Shown here: positions 10,206 through 20,282 of the stretch, piece by piece
How the letters are laid out: each line of letters starts with the position of its first letter
Position numbering within the stretch: the stretch's first letter is position 1
Translations under genes and position numbers: made by a program
DNA from: an uncultured Spirochaetia bacterium
GTDB taxonomy: Bacteria; Spirochaetota; UBA4802; UBA5368
Assembly (NCBI GenBank): GCA_937877025.1
Contig: CALEGE010000030.1
Coordinates: 34,647 to 98,646 of the forward strand
DNA length: 64,000 nucleotides
Reading direction: 5' to 3'
Notes under the pieces: model-generated
The model's database searches: none
What the model saw: the letters and a program-made list of their open reading frames with translations, nothing else
What the model was told of the DNA's origin: nothing

Positions 10206-10598
10206 TTACACGGCCTTTACCATGACGGTGCGGGTGCGGGGCCCGTCAAATTCGCAGAAGTAGATACCCTGCCATGTGCCAAGCTTGAGCCGTCCGTTCT
10301 CGATGAAAATGACGCACGAACAGCCGATGAGGGAGGATTTTATGTGGGCGGGAGAATTACCCTCACGATGAGAGAACGGAATTTTTTCGAGCCCCAGTGA
10401 TGCGAGGCCTTTTATAATATCTGTGCGGACCGACGGATCTGCGTTTTCATTGATGGTAACGGCGGCCGTAGTATGCGGCGTATATACGCAACACAAACCT
10501 CCCGATGGATAATGCTTCGCGACGATTTCCGCAACGTCGGATGTAATATCGATCATCTCCTCTCTGCGCGACGAGGTAACCGTAATGGAATGTGCCAT
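10206..10598 (-). CDS. yjbQ: YjbQ/UPF0047 family protein
   Basis: 'PHTTAAVTINENADPSV', 'HREGNSPAHIKSSLIG', 'LGTWQGIYFCEFDGPR'; RBS AAGGAG 6 nt before ATG 10598. Confidence 0.9.
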   Translation of the reverse strand: MAHSITVTSSRREEMIDITSDVAEIVAKHYPSGGLCCVYTPHTTAAVTINENADPSVRTDIIKGLASLGLEKIPFSHREGNSPAHIKSSLIGCSCVIFIENGRLKLGTWQGIYFCEFDGPRTRTVMVKAV

Positions 10599-10768
10599 GC
10601 TCATCTCCTTGCAATGAAAAACATATACTGCACAATTTTTGATAGTATACTGCGGATACAATGAAAAATCAATACCGCGCGCGTAATTAAAGCGCTATAC
10701 TTTATTTATTCTGATATATGCTGCACTTGAATCTTGAATTTACAACGCCGTGTGGGCATGAGAAATTA

Positions 10769-10796
10769 TTGACAATATCATTCATATATATAGAAT
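10769..10796 (+). promoter_or_regulatory. sigma70-like promoter
   Basis: TTGACA-N16-TAGAAT upstream of the 10856 gene. Confidence 0.5.
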
Positions 10797-10855
10797 ATTA
10801 TTCTATAAAGGTGTAGAATGGCATTCTGGTAATGGGCGGAATGCGGGAATTGCGT

Positions 10856-12673
10856 ATGGAAAAGGTAGACAAAACCAAAAAAAACATCAATGTCACCAAT
10901 CTGGATGACAAAACAAAAAAAGAGCTTTTCGATAAATTCGTTAGTGCTGGCGGCAAGGTTGTGCGCGAGGACCGTCGTCAGGGTATGACTGATTACGACA
11001 GGGAGCTTCAGAAAAAATATAACGCCCGGCTTGCCGCCCATAAAAAGACATTGAATACGCCATCGCGGACGAAAACGGCCCCGGCCGCAATGGCGAAAAA
11101 AACCATACAGCCGAAAAAGACCGCGCGGGCCTCGGCATATCGCCCCGCCCCAACGAACCCGCTTACTCGCTTTATTGACCGCTGGCATATCCGGTTCCGC
11201 CTTTTTTTTCTCGGCGTGACCGACCTGTATGGCACGACCATAACGAGCAAATATCTTGAGAAATTTACAACGGAATACAAATCCGCGCTTGTTGAACTGC
11301 AACTGGTATATCTCGATGTGCTGAAAAAAAATATTCGCACAGGGCAGGCTGTCACATCCGAGCTCGACAGAATAAATCCGGTTTTGACTGAATTGATGGA
11401 GATGTCGTCGGACATTTTTGACCGGACGGTTTTCAACCAGATTGTGGAGCACCATATAACGTTCCCTCATATATCTCAGAAATCGTCCGAGATCAGGACG
11501 CCGCTTATGACGCTGTTCAAGAAACTGTATGTGCTGTATCCGCATCAGGATGTTACTGTGCATGCGTTCGATAAAGCTATCGGGTTGCAGATGAAAATTG
11601 AAAGGGGAAAATCCTCGCTGTATTCCCTGAAAAGAAAAAAAATAAAGAACGGCGTGTACATTCTCTATAACAAGCTTTTCAAATCGTTGTACTGGCTCTT
11701 CTGTCTATACGAAGGGAGAATTTTTCAGCCGGGCGATCCCGAAATTAATACAATTCTTGGGGTGACCGATGATGATATACCCGGTAAACGCTCCAAGCTC
11801 CGATTGAGTGATGCGAAGTCTGATGAAGAAAAACCCGCAGAGGAGGATGTCGCCGAAAAGGAAAGCCAGGAGCCCGAGGATATTTCCGATCACGTAAAAA
11901 AGGGCCTGCAGATGCTGTCGCAGCTTGATCTGACGGTATTGAAGGAACAATTTGACAGAAGCAACTATTACAAATTTGTGCGCGATACGGATAAAATTTT
12001 TATCGCACATCTTTTATTCCGCGAGTTTGATGAGGAATATTCCTTTATTTTCACGACGAACAAAATAAAATATAATGTTATATTTGCCAGGGAAGGCAAG
12101 ATCGATTACCGGCTCGGGCTCTCCGATCTTTATAATGAGCTTCGCCAGTGCGGCAATCTTTTTAAGGATTATGCCGATATTCTTGAAAATTATGAAAAAA
12201 TACGCCTTGAAAAGCCGACCGGTAATGCACAGTACATTGAATACACAAACAGGCTGAACGCGATCGAAAAAAAGCGAAACAACACGGGCAAAGACGTGCG
12301 TATGAAAGTGCGCGGCTTTATGGATAAGTGCAGCACCGAGCTTAAAAAGCTGATCGATGATATGAATGGCTCTCAGACCATTATAGGCAACCCACAGGAC
12401 GTGTTGAGGTTTGAATCGGCCATTGAAGGCAACAGGAAAATGAACGACAAAAAAGTGTACGAAATAATTACGTACGCCTACTGGTACTCCTCGGCGTTTG
12501 CCTACCGGCTTGGCCCTTCCGGGGATTTATACGGTGAACTTGAATTTAGCGGGAAAGAAGGAAAGAATTCAGAAATAGAAGCGCAGGAAAAAAAAGACCA
12601 GCCGATCGCGCCCGGGGCGCCGGAGCCTGAAAAAAAGACAGGTGTTATTGACGAGCTTGAAGACCTTTTTTAA
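10856..12673 (+). CDS. Hypothetical helical protein (~605 aa)
   Basis: Long ORF with own promoter; K/A/P-rich linker near N-terminus, acidic linker mid-protein; no recognised domain. Confidence 0.75.
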   Translation: MEKVDKTKKNINVTNLDDKTKKELFDKFVSAGGKVVREDRRQGMTDYDRELQKKYNARLAAHKKTLNTPSRTKTAPAAMAKKTIQPKKTARASAYRPAPTNPLTRFIDRWHIRFRLFFLGVTDLYGTTITSKYLEKFTTEYKSALVELQLVYLDVLKKNIRTGQAVTSELDRINPVLTELMEMSSDIFDRTVFNQIVEHHITFPHISQKSSEIRTPLMTLFKKLYVLYPHQDVTVHAFDKAIGLQMKIERGKSSLYSLKRKKIKNGVYILYNKLFKSLYWLFCLYEGRIFQPGDPEINTILGVTDDDIPGKRSKLRLSDAKSDEEKPAEEDVAEKESQEPEDISDHVKKGLQMLSQLDLTVLKEQFDRSNYYKFVRDTDKIFIAHLLFREFDEEYSFIFTTNKIKYNVIFAREGKIDYRLGLSDLYNELRQCGNLFKDYADILENYEKIRLEKPTGNAQYIEYTNRLNAIEKKRNNTGKDVRMKVRGFMDKCSTELKKLIDDMNGSQTIIGNPQDVLRFESAIEGNRKMNDKKVYEIITYAYWYSSAFAYRLGPSGDLYGELEFSGKEGKNSEIEAQEKKDQPIAPGAPEPEKKTGVIDELEDLF

Positions 12674-13490
12674 TCCGCATTTCATCTTTTCGTAGAGCGA
12701 GAATCTCTTCTTTCGCGCCCGTTAGCCTGCTGTCGCGATAGGGGACCGCCTTGATGTCGTTCTTCATTTTTTCGATTTCGTCGGCGGTAAAAGGCGGTAC
12801 TTCCGCACACTTCGTTGCGAGAGTGCCTTCGCGCTTTTTCCCGACAGAAGGGCCCCGTCCAATTTGGAACCCCGCCTCCATGAGCGCCATTCTGATATGC
12901 GTCGCGCTGGAATACGTTGTGAGAATACAGCGTTCATCCGCGACGCGGTACACTTCCCTGAAAAAATCGACCGACCATAATTCAGGATTTTTTGCGGGGG
13001 AAAATGGATCGTGAAAAATTGCATGAACGGATATATCATCAATGGCCCTGATCAAGCGCCGTGCGTCGCCCCGGTGAATGTCAATTGTATATCCCTGCCG
13101 CGCCGCATGGCCGTTCACTGCGGCTTCTCGCAGCGAGGCATAGATACTATCACGGTCGTCGGCAAATGTGATTGCATCCATAAGCTTTGCGGGGACAATC
13201 TCTTTTTCAAAAGCGGCAATATGAAGGTTCCCCGGACGGTCTGAGCGGCTCCACTCTGTCAGCAGGGCGAGGCTGTTATATCCAAGCCCGAATCCGATAT
13301 CGAGCACGCACAAATGGCCCCCCGTGCGGGAGAGGATGCGCGAGGGACGCACATGTTTAAGCAGCGCCTCTTCGTATGCGCCGGATAATGAATGCATTGC
13401 CTCTCCGTATTCCTTTGAGTAAAGCGATACGGTGCCGTCGTCGGTAATGACTTTTTCAAATTTATGCGGGGTTCGTGGTGTCGTATGCAT
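12645..13490 (-). CDS. mnmD: MnmC-methyltransferase-like protein (MnmD-type tRNA mnm5s2U34 methyltransferase)
   Basis: 'TDDGTVSLYS..YGEAMHS..GAYEEA', SAM motif LDIGFGLGYN, 'HDPFSPAKNPELWS', 'LTTYSS', 'GKKREGT'. Confidence 0.8.
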   Translation of the reverse strand: MHTTPRTPHKFEKVITDDGTVSLYSKEYGEAMHSLSGAYEEALLKHVRPSRILSRTGGHLCVLDIGFGLGYNSLALLTEWSRSDRPGNLHIAAFEKEIVPAKLMDAITFADDRDSIYASLREAAVNGHAARQGYTIDIHRGDARRLIRAIDDISVHAIFHDPFSPAKNPELWSVDFFREVYRVADERCILTTYSSATHIRMALMEAGFQIGRGPSVGKKREGTLATKCAEVPPFTADEIEKMKNDIKAVPYRDSRLTGAKEEILALRKDEMRIKKGLQARQ

Positions 13491-13511
13491 GCTATTAATA
13501 TACGCCAGCGG

Positions 13512-13811
13512 CTATTCTGTTCCGTGCTTTTTCTTTAACAGGAAAATTCCTGTTTCCTGATCCAATCCTTCGACAAGAATTCTTTTTCTTCTTCCTTTTT
13601 CTCCCTTGTCGATCGATATCGTTGATTTCGGCACGCCGAGAGATTTAGCAAACAGCTTAATGCATTCCTCATTCGCCTTTCCCTCGACAGGGGGAGAGTT
13701 TAAATATACCCGTATTCCAAAATCTTCGGCGACACGAATTTCGCTCCGCGATGACTTCGGCACCACCGTGACATCAAAAAGCGCCCTGGCTGTATCTGTA
13801 GTTTTTTTCAT
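13512..13811 (-). CDS. DUF167/YggU family protein
   Basis: 'VVPKSSR', 'SPPVEGKANEECIKLFAKSLGVPKS', 'GEKGRRK'. Confidence 0.88.
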   Translation of the reverse strand: MKKTTDTARALFDVTVVPKSSRSEIRVAEDFGIRVYLNSPPVEGKANEECIKLFAKSLGVPKSTISIDKGEKGRRKRILVEGLDQETGIFLLKKKHGTE

Positions 13812-13948
13812 ATCAGGACCGCAACGTATAATATTCTTTGGTCATGTCGAACATTTATACATGTGGCGGCGGCAGCGCAATACAATTTTATTTGACACCT
13901 TCGCGCCATGCGGTGTAGTTCAATAAAAACGAACGACAGGTGCGGTGT

Positions 13949-14569
13949 ATGCAAATTGTAACATTCGAGAACGGGCCATTTATGGTAAACACATATCTGG
14001 TGTATAACGAAGAAAGCAAGGCGTCGTTTCTAATCGATCCGGGCAGCGGCATACAGCCGATACTGGATAAAATAGAGCGCGACAGACTGGGTCTGCAGGC
14101 GATTGTGAATACCCACGGTCATATCGATCATGTCGCCGGGGTGTGTATGGTGAAAGAACGATTCAATGTCCCATTTTACATGAATGTGCGCGACATGGAT
14201 CTTGTGGAGTCGATTCCAATGCAGGCGTCCATGTTCGGCGTGAAAAATCCCGGCATCCCCGCCGTTGATTTCGACATCCCGCTGAATGGGACGCTCTCGG
14301 TGGCCGGTTTCGATGTTGCAGTGCTGCACACGCCGGGCCATTCAAAAGGGTCAGTCTCGCTGCGTATCAACGATGCGGTCTTTACGGGAGATGCGCTTTT
14401 TAACTTTTCAATCGGACGGACTGATTTGCCGGGCGGCAATTACGAAGAACTTATCACGTCAATACGAGAGAAACTTTTCACGCTGCCTTCCGATACACGG
14501 ATTCTCCCGGGGCACGGCCCGGAAACAATTATCGGCGTTGAAATTGAATTTAATCCCTTTTTTTCGTAA
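13949..14569 (+). CDS. MBL-fold metallo-hydrolase (glyoxalase II/YcbL-like)
   Basis: THGHIDH, HTPGHS, FTGDALF, GRTDLPGG, PGHGP. Confidence 0.92.
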   Translation: MQIVTFENGPFMVNTYLVYNEESKASFLIDPGSGIQPILDKIERDRLGLQAIVNTHGHIDHVAGVCMVKERFNVPFYMNVRDMDLVESIPMQASMFGVKNPGIPAVDFDIPLNGTLSVAGFDVAVLHTPGHSKGSVSLRINDAVFTGDALFNFSIGRTDLPGGNYEELITSIREKLFTLPSDTRILPGHGPETIIGVEIEFNPFFS

Positions 14570-14601
14570 CGACTACATTTGGGATATTGGTGACTGTTTA
14601 T

Positions 14602-14645
14602 AAAAAGAGAAAGAGGAAAGAATTTCACGAATCCTTTCCTCTTTC
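14602..14645 (-). terminator. Intrinsic terminator, minus strand
   Basis: GAAAGAGGAAAGGAU/AUUCUUUCCUCUUUC 15-bp stem; one pair is G-U on the minus strand but A-C on the plus strand; followed by UCUUUUU. Confidence 0.75.
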
Positions 14646-14753
14646 CCTCTTCGTTTGGATTATCACCCGAGGTACATTTATGTACCGAAATTTAAACACC
14701 CGCAGGTGTCTGAGAAATACATTTTAAACTGTAATTTCCCAAAAACTTCTCCT
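14602..14753 (-). ncRNA. Candidate ~150-nt small RNA (or micro-ORF mRNA)
   Basis: TTGACG-N16-TATATT promoter at 14787-14760, internal hairpins, strong terminator, no ORF >=60 aa on this strand. Confidence 0.4.
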
Positions 14754-14828
14754 GCCTTCAATATACTTAAAAGATCAAAAACGTCAAATATTTTACGTCC
14801 TTTTTTCGATTCTGATAAAAACGTTTTG

Positions 14829-15170
14829 CTAAAAACTCTTTAACGCGGCGTCGACGGTGCTGAAGAGCTTAACGACGGATGTCACCTTCGTCAATTCGAG
14901 CACCTTCTCGACTTCCGGCTGGGGCGCCGCGAGCCGGAATGATGACTTGAGGCTCTGATTTATATTGAGGAATATTCCGATGCCGGAACTGGTAATCATT
15001 TTTACGTCGGAAAGATCGAGAACAAGTTTTTTGATGTCCTTGCTGAGGATTGCCTGCTGAAGCTTTTCCTTCAACTCGGGAACGTCAAGAGTCAGCACTT
15101 CGTTCATGTTTATTTTTACGACAAAAAGACCGTTTCCCATATCCTGTATTTCGAGCATCTTTTTCTCCAT
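14829..15170 (-). CDS. STAS-domain anti-sigma factor antagonist
   Basis: 'LVLDLSDVKMITSSGIGIF' with phospho-Ser motif; 'VEKVLELTK'; 113 aa. Confidence 0.88.
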   Translation of the reverse strand: MEKKMLEIQDMGNGLFVVKINMNEVLTLDVPELKEKLQQAILSKDIKKLVLDLSDVKMITSSGIGIFLNINQSLKSSFRLAAPQPEVEKVLELTKVTSVVKLFSTVDAALKSF

Positions 15171-15352
15171 GTATCATTTTATTATTATGTGCGTAAAAAC
15201 ACCCGCCAGTGCGCAAATGTCGCCTACCGGATAATATGGGGTCTGATGGAATATTAGTAAATCATTTTTCATTAAAATTTAAAAATGACTTTACGCAGGA
15301 TGTAGAGTGAATTACCGTGCATAAGCTTTTTTTATCACCATTGTATACAGGT

Positions 15353-16345
15353 ATGATCAATCGAATGAATGGCGTCAGCGGAAATCCTTATCAGGGATGG
15401 GTTATTAGGCTTATCATTCTTAATGTGGTGGTCTTTGTCGCGCAGATTATAACTATCCCGCAGCAGATTGTCTATACGATATCGGGCATGGACCAGCAGA
15501 TCGCTATACCCGCGATGACATATTACCTGGGCCTTCTCCCCGCGGCGGTTGTTTCAAAAGGATATGTCTGGCAGGCGGTGACGTACATGTTTTTACACAG
15601 CACCACGGGATTTGCGCATATCTTTTTTAATATGTACGCCCTGCTTATTTTTGGAATCCCCATTGAGCAGGCCTGGGGCGGAAAAAAATTTTTAACATAT
15701 TACATGTTCTGCGGCATCGGGGCGGGACTATCAATTTTTGCCATCAACCTGATTTCGGGCGGAGCGGGTTTCTGGTCCCCCACCATCGGCGCGTCGGGCG
15801 CTGTGTTCGGCCTGCTGCTCGCATTTGGCATGTTATATCCGAACGTTGAAATACTCCTCTTTTTCGTGTTGCCGATTAAATCGAAATACCTTGTGGTGCT
15901 GTATGGTGCGCTCGAATTATATCTTGAATTGTTTGGCAGCCAGAGCAGTATCTCTCATGTCGGCCACCTTGGCGGTTTATTTTTTGGTCTTGTATATTTT
16001 TATATTTTTAATCGAAGTCAGATCCGCTTTAAAACAAAGATGTTCAAGGCGAATCTCGGCAAACGCAGAGATGAATACGTAACGTCGGTAAAAACAAAAA
16101 TTTCCGGCGTCGAGAATGAAGAAAAAACCCACCAGATTGCACTATTGAGAAAGTTACGGGACGGCGGGCTCGATTCACTTACCGATGACGAGGTCCAATA
16201 TGTACGGCATAAAATCATTATCGGTGATGATGAAGAAAATCTGTGTGACGATCTCGATTTTGACATAGATGACGCGTATTGCGCCGGATGTGAAAATTTC
16301 AACGGCTGCTTTGTGCGTGAGGCGAAAAAATATGTCAAAAATTAG
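15353..16345 (+). CDS. Rhomboid intramembrane serine protease with C-terminal Cys-cluster extension
   Basis: 'WQAVTYMFLH', 'HIFFNM', catalytic GASG and HLGG; tail C-x11-C-x2-C-x5-C. Confidence 0.9.
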   Translation: MINRMNGVSGNPYQGWVIRLIILNVVVFVAQIITIPQQIVYTISGMDQQIAIPAMTYYLGLLPAAVVSKGYVWQAVTYMFLHSTTGFAHIFFNMYALLIFGIPIEQAWGGKKFLTYYMFCGIGAGLSIFAINLISGGAGFWSPTIGASGAVFGLLLAFGMLYPNVEILLFFVLPIKSKYLVVLYGALELYLELFGSQSSISHVGHLGGLFFGLVYFYIFNRSQIRFKTKMFKANLGKRRDEYVTSVKTKISGVENEEKTHQIALLRKLRDGGLDSLTDDEVQYVRHKIIIGDDEENLCDDLDFDIDDAYCAGCENFNGCFVREAKKYVKN

Positions 16346-16539
16346 TCTTTACAATTTTTAAAATTTTTTTTATAGCGCCTTGTGTCTGCGGTATGTCCGA
16401 TCAACGTGCGTGGAAATCAATGAATTGTCAGTTGCCGTCGTAAAGGAAGCGCCGCGGTGCGTGGTTGTGTAAACGGTATATGAATTGGAGCACCTCGGAT
16501 AACGAGGTAAATTTTTTAACGACAGAGGAGAAAACAGCA

Positions 16540-19383
16540 ATGGCGAAACGAGTGTATCTTTTTGGTGGGACACGTACGGAAGGCAGGGCTGATATGAAAA
16601 ACCTTCTCGGTGGAAAGGGCGCCAACCTGGCCGAAATGTGCCAGATCGGAATCCCCGTACCCGCCGGCTTTACAATCACTACTGAAGTATGCAATGAATA
16701 CTATGCGAACAATATGGAGTATCCTGACGGTCTCAAGGAAGAGGTGGACAAAGCGCTGAAAAAGGTTGAGGCGGCCATGAACGCGAAGTTCGGCGATCCC
16801 GTGAATCCGCTTCTCGTCTCTGTCCGTTCCGGTGCGCGGGCGTCCATGCCGGGCATGATGGATACGATTTTGAATCTTGGTTTGAATGAAGAGACAATCG
16901 AAGGAATTATTAAGAAATCGAAAAACGAACGCTTTGCCTGGGATTCGTACAGGCGTTTTATCCAGATGTACGGCGATGTCGTCATGGGATTGAAGCCGGT
17001 TTCCAAGGATGATCACGATCCGTTTGAGGTTGTCATCGACGAATTGAAGAAGGAATTAGGCGTTAAATACGACCTGGAGCTTGGCGTCGATGACCTCAAA
17101 GAGCTTGTGAAGCGTTATAAAAAAATTATACGGGAAAAGCTTGGCAAGGAGTTTCCGTCCGACCCGCAGGAACAGCTCTGGGGCGCGATAGGCGCAGTGT
17201 TCAGCTCGTGGAACAACGAGCGTGCGATACTATACCGTAAAATGAACGAAATCGACGATTCGTGGGGCACTGCCGTGAATGTGCAGGCGATGGTGTTCGG
17301 CAATATGGGCGAGGACTGCGCCACCGGCGTTGCTTTTACGCGCGATCCCGCCACGGGTGAGAAACGCTTTTACGGTGAATATCTGATCAACGCCCAGGGC
17401 GAAGATGTCGTTGCCGGTATTCGTACGCCGCAACAAATTACGAAAGACGGATCGCAGAAATGGGCGAGCGAAAACGGCGTAAGCGAAGAAGAGAGGATAC
17501 GCAAGTATCCGTCTCTTGAAGAATATATTCCCGAGGCATACAGCCAGCTTGTGAAGGTGTATACGCAGCTGGAGAAGCATTATCGAGACATGCAGGACAT
17601 TGAGTTTACCATTCAGAACAGACGACTGTGGATGTTGCAGACGCGCAACGGGAAAAGAACAGCCGCCGCCGCGGTAAGCATTGCCGTTGATATGGTTAAT
17701 GAAAAACTGATAAACAAAAAAGAAGCGCTCCTCCGCATTGAGCCGAACACGCTCGACCAGTTGCTTCATCCGACGTTCGATCCGAAAGCCGAGAGAAAGG
17801 TCATCGCGAAAGGCCTGCCGGCGTCGCCGGGCGCGGCAACCGGGAAGGTTGTGTTCAACGCGGAGGATGCCGATGAATGGAGCAAAAGGGGCGAAAAAGT
17901 GGTGCTTGTCCGTGTTGAAACCTCTCCTGAGGATTTGCGCGGCATGCACGTCTCTCAGGGCATTCTCACCGCGCGCGGCGGCATGACATCGCACGCTGCG
18001 GTTGTTGCCCGCGGAATGGGGAAATGTTGCGTATCGGGATGTGGCGAGCTTGACGTAGATTATGCGAACAAGCAGTTCAAGGTCCGCGGCACTGTTATAA
18101 AGGAAGGCGATTTTATCTCCCTTGACGGTTCTACCGGCGAAGTAATGCTCGGCAAGGTTGCAACACGCGAGCCCGAGCTTTCTGGTGATTTTGGCACAAT
18201 CATGAACTGGGCCGATGAAACGCGGAAACTGCGCGTGCGCACCAACGCGGATACGCCGCACGACGCGAGCGTGGCGCGCAGTTTTGGCGCGGAAGGAATA
18301 GGCCTCTGCCGCACTGAACACATGTTCTTTGAGGGCGACAGGATCAAGGCGATGCGCGAAATGATACTCGCAAAAGATGTTGCGGGCAGGCAGAAGGCGC
18401 TCGCGAAACTGCTGCCAATCCAGCGCGGGGATTTTTACGGCATACTGAAAGCGATGAACGGTTTTGGCGTCACAATACGCCTGCTCGATCCCCCGCTGCA
18501 CGAGTTTGTGCCCCACGAGGAGGTGAACCAGCGAGAAATGGCGCGGGAGCTGGAAATGTCTCTGGATGAAATAAAGGCGAAAGTTGAAGCATTAAGCGAA
18601 ATGAATCCCATGCTTGGCCACCGTGGATGCCGGCTTGGCGTGACGTATCCGGAGATTACCGAGATGCAGGCGCGCGCCATTTTTGAAGCCGCATGCAAGC
18701 TTAAGAAAGAAGGTTTCGATGTGAAGCCCGAGGTTATGGTGCCGCTTGTCGGGTCTGTTTCCGAGTTGAAGATGCAGAAGGAAATCATTGTGTCGACTGC
18801 GGAAAAGGTAATGCAGGAAACAGGTATAAAAGTTGAGTATATGGTCGGCACGATGATCGAGGTGCCGCGGGCCACAGTGACGGCGGACGAGATTGCGGAG
18901 GAGGCGCAGTTTTTCTCCTTCGGAACAAACGACCTGACACAGATGACGTTTGGGTTCAGCCGCGATGACGCGGGGAAATTTCTGCCCGAGTATATCGACA
19001 AAAAACTACTGCCCAACGACCCGTTCAGGATACTGGACAGAAATGGCGTTGGCAAGCTTGTGCGCATGGGCGTCGAGAAGGGCCGCGCGACCAATCCAAA
19101 ACTCAAGATCGGCATCTGCGGCGAGCACGGCGGCGAGCCGAGCTCGGTGGAATTCTGCCACATTGTCGGCCTTGATTACGTCAGTTGTTCGCCTTTCAGG
19201 GTGCCGATAGCGCGTCTTGCCGCTGCACAGGCCGCCATCAGGAATGATGTCAAGCCGGCGTCCAGGAAAGCGGTGAAGGCCGCGCCGAAAAAGGCAAAGG
19301 CCGATCCGGTAAAAAAAGCGAAGCCGGCTGCGAAAAAAAGCCCCGCAAAGACGGCGGCAAAGAAGAAAACGACAAAAAAATAG
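16540..19383 (+). CDS. ppdK: Pyruvate, phosphate dikinase
   Basis: '[12 protein letters not shown]', '[21 protein letters not shown]', phospho-His motif [13 protein letters not shown], '[10 protein letters not shown]'; RBS GAGGAG before ATG 16540. Confidence 0.98.
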   Translation: MAKRVYLFGGTRTEGRADMKNLLGGKGANLAEMCQIGIPVPAGFTITTEVCNEYYANNMEYPDGLKEEVDKALKKVEAAMNAKFGDPVNPLLVSVRSGARASMPGMMDTILNLGLNEETIEGIIKKSKNERFAWDSYRRFIQMYGDVVMGLKPVSKDDHDPFEVVIDELKKELGVKYDLELGVDDLKELVKRYKKIIREKLGKEFPSDPQEQLWGAIGAVFSSWNNERAILYRKMNEIDDSWGTAVNVQAMVFGNMGEDCATGVAFTRDPATGEKRFYGEYLINAQGEDVVAGIRTPQQITKDGSQKWASENGVSEEERIRKYPSLEEYIPEAYSQLVKVYTQLEKHYRDMQDIEFTIQNRRLWMLQTRNGKRTAAAAVSIAVDMVNEKLINKKEALLRIEPNTLDQLLHPTFDPKAERKVIAKGLPASPGAATGKVVFNAEDADEWSKRGEKVVLVRVETSPEDLRGMHVSQGILTARGGMTSHAAVVARGMGKCCVSGCGELDVDYANKQFKVRGTVIKEGDFISLDGSTGEVMLGKVATREPELSGDFGTIMNWADETRKLRVRTNADTPHDASVARSFGAEGIGLCRTEHMFFEGDRIKAMREMILAKDVAGRQKALAKLLPIQRGDFYGILKAMNGFGVTIRLLDPPLHEFVPHEEVNQREMARELEMSLDEIKAKVEALSEMNPMLGHRGCRLGVTYPEITEMQARAIFEAACKLKKEGFDVKPEVMVPLVGSVSELKMQKEIIVSTAEKVMQETGIKVEYMVGTMIEVPRATVTADEIAEEAQFFSFGTNDLTQMTFGFSRDDAGKFLPEYIDKKLLPNDPFRILDRNGVGKLVRMGVEKGRATNPKLKIGICGEHGGEPSSVEFCHIVGLDYVSCSPFRVPIARLAAAQAAIRNDVKPASRKAVKAAPKKAKADPVKKAKPAAKKSPAKTAAKKKTTKK

Positions 19384-19390
19384 CATACCG

Positions 19391-19416
19391 GCAGGGGCGT
19401 TGGAAAACGCCCCTGC
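19391..19416 (+). terminator. Strong hairpin after ppdK (terminator, stabiliser or REP-like element)
   Basis: GCAGGGGCGTT-GGAA-AACGCCCCTGC perfect 11-bp stem, no U-tract. Confidence 0.5.
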
Positions 19417-19444
19417 ATCGTATCAGCACACGGCAGGGGGGATC

Positions 19445-20170
19445 ATGAGAAAGCTATTGTATTTCATTATAATCATGGGCGTATGCCAGACAGCGGGATT
19501 TGCGTCATATGAGGAAGCGCTGCAGCTTTACACACAGAAAAAGTACGAAGACTCGCTCACTCAAATAGCATCCGAGCTTGTGATTGAAAAAGATTTCGAT
19601 CAGAAATCCCCTAACTATGAATTGCGGTATCTCGCGGCGCATAATCACTGGAAACTCGGCAATTATGAATCCGCGGCGGCGCACCTGAAACGCTGTACGG
19701 AGATACAGAAAGATATTACCGATCCGCTGATAGATCTGGCCGCCCTGCTGATAGAACAAAAAAAGTTCCGGGAAGCCGAAACGTATACCGTAAGGGCGTT
19801 GTCAATCCAGAAGGAGCCGATGGCGTATTACCTGACCGGTAAAGCGGCCTATGGCGTTGGTAATTTCTGGAGGGCGAAGGAATTTTATGAGAAGGCGATA
19901 TCGCTTGATCCGGAGTTATATGTCGCGTATAACGGGCTTGGCTGCTCGCTTATGAAACTGGAGCGCTACAGTCAGGCAAACACGGCATTTTCCGCAGCGC
20001 TTGCCATTGCGCCGGATTCAGCCGAGGTTTTGAACAATATGGGGCTCAGCCTTGAAAAGCTCGGGAGGGCGAACGATGCGCTCGCATATTATAAAAAAGC
20101 GAGTGAATACGCGCCCGATAATCCGGTTATCGTTGCGAATTTAAACCGGCTCGGTGAAAAGCAGAAGTAA
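19445..20170 (+). CDS. Exported TPR-repeat protein
   Basis: Signal peptide MRKLLYFIIIMGVCQTAGFA; canonical TPRs (AYNGLG, VLNNMG...ALAYYKKA). Confidence 0.88.
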   Translation: MRKLLYFIIIMGVCQTAGFASYEEALQLYTQKKYEDSLTQIASELVIEKDFDQKSPNYELRYLAAHNHWKLGNYESAAAHLKRCTEIQKDITDPLIDLAALLIEQKKFREAETYTVRALSIQKEPMAYYLTGKAAYGVGNFWRAKEFYEKAISLDPELYVAYNGLGCSLMKLERYSQANTAFSAALAIAPDSAEVLNNMGLSLEKLGRANDALAYYKKASEYAPDNPVIVANLNRLGEKQK

Positions 20171-20282
20171 ATACCGCATAGTGCAGCGCTTTCAGGATGG
20201 TTTGCACCATGCCGGGGCGTAACGCGGTATATGCCATAATGATACGAAGCATACACGAAATTCTCCACGGTCCCCTTCGGTA

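Noticed and set aside
16490-16520. Attenuator or riboswitch in the ppdK leader (ACCTCG-gataa-CGAGGT)
   Set aside because: Single short hairpin with no recognisable aptamer or leader peptide
17230-18516. 428-aa antisense ORF in ppdK, and similar long shadows (45767-47008, 35995-36957, 56745-57551)
   Set aside because: They lie opposite well-conserved genes, have no motifs, and are expected from codon bias
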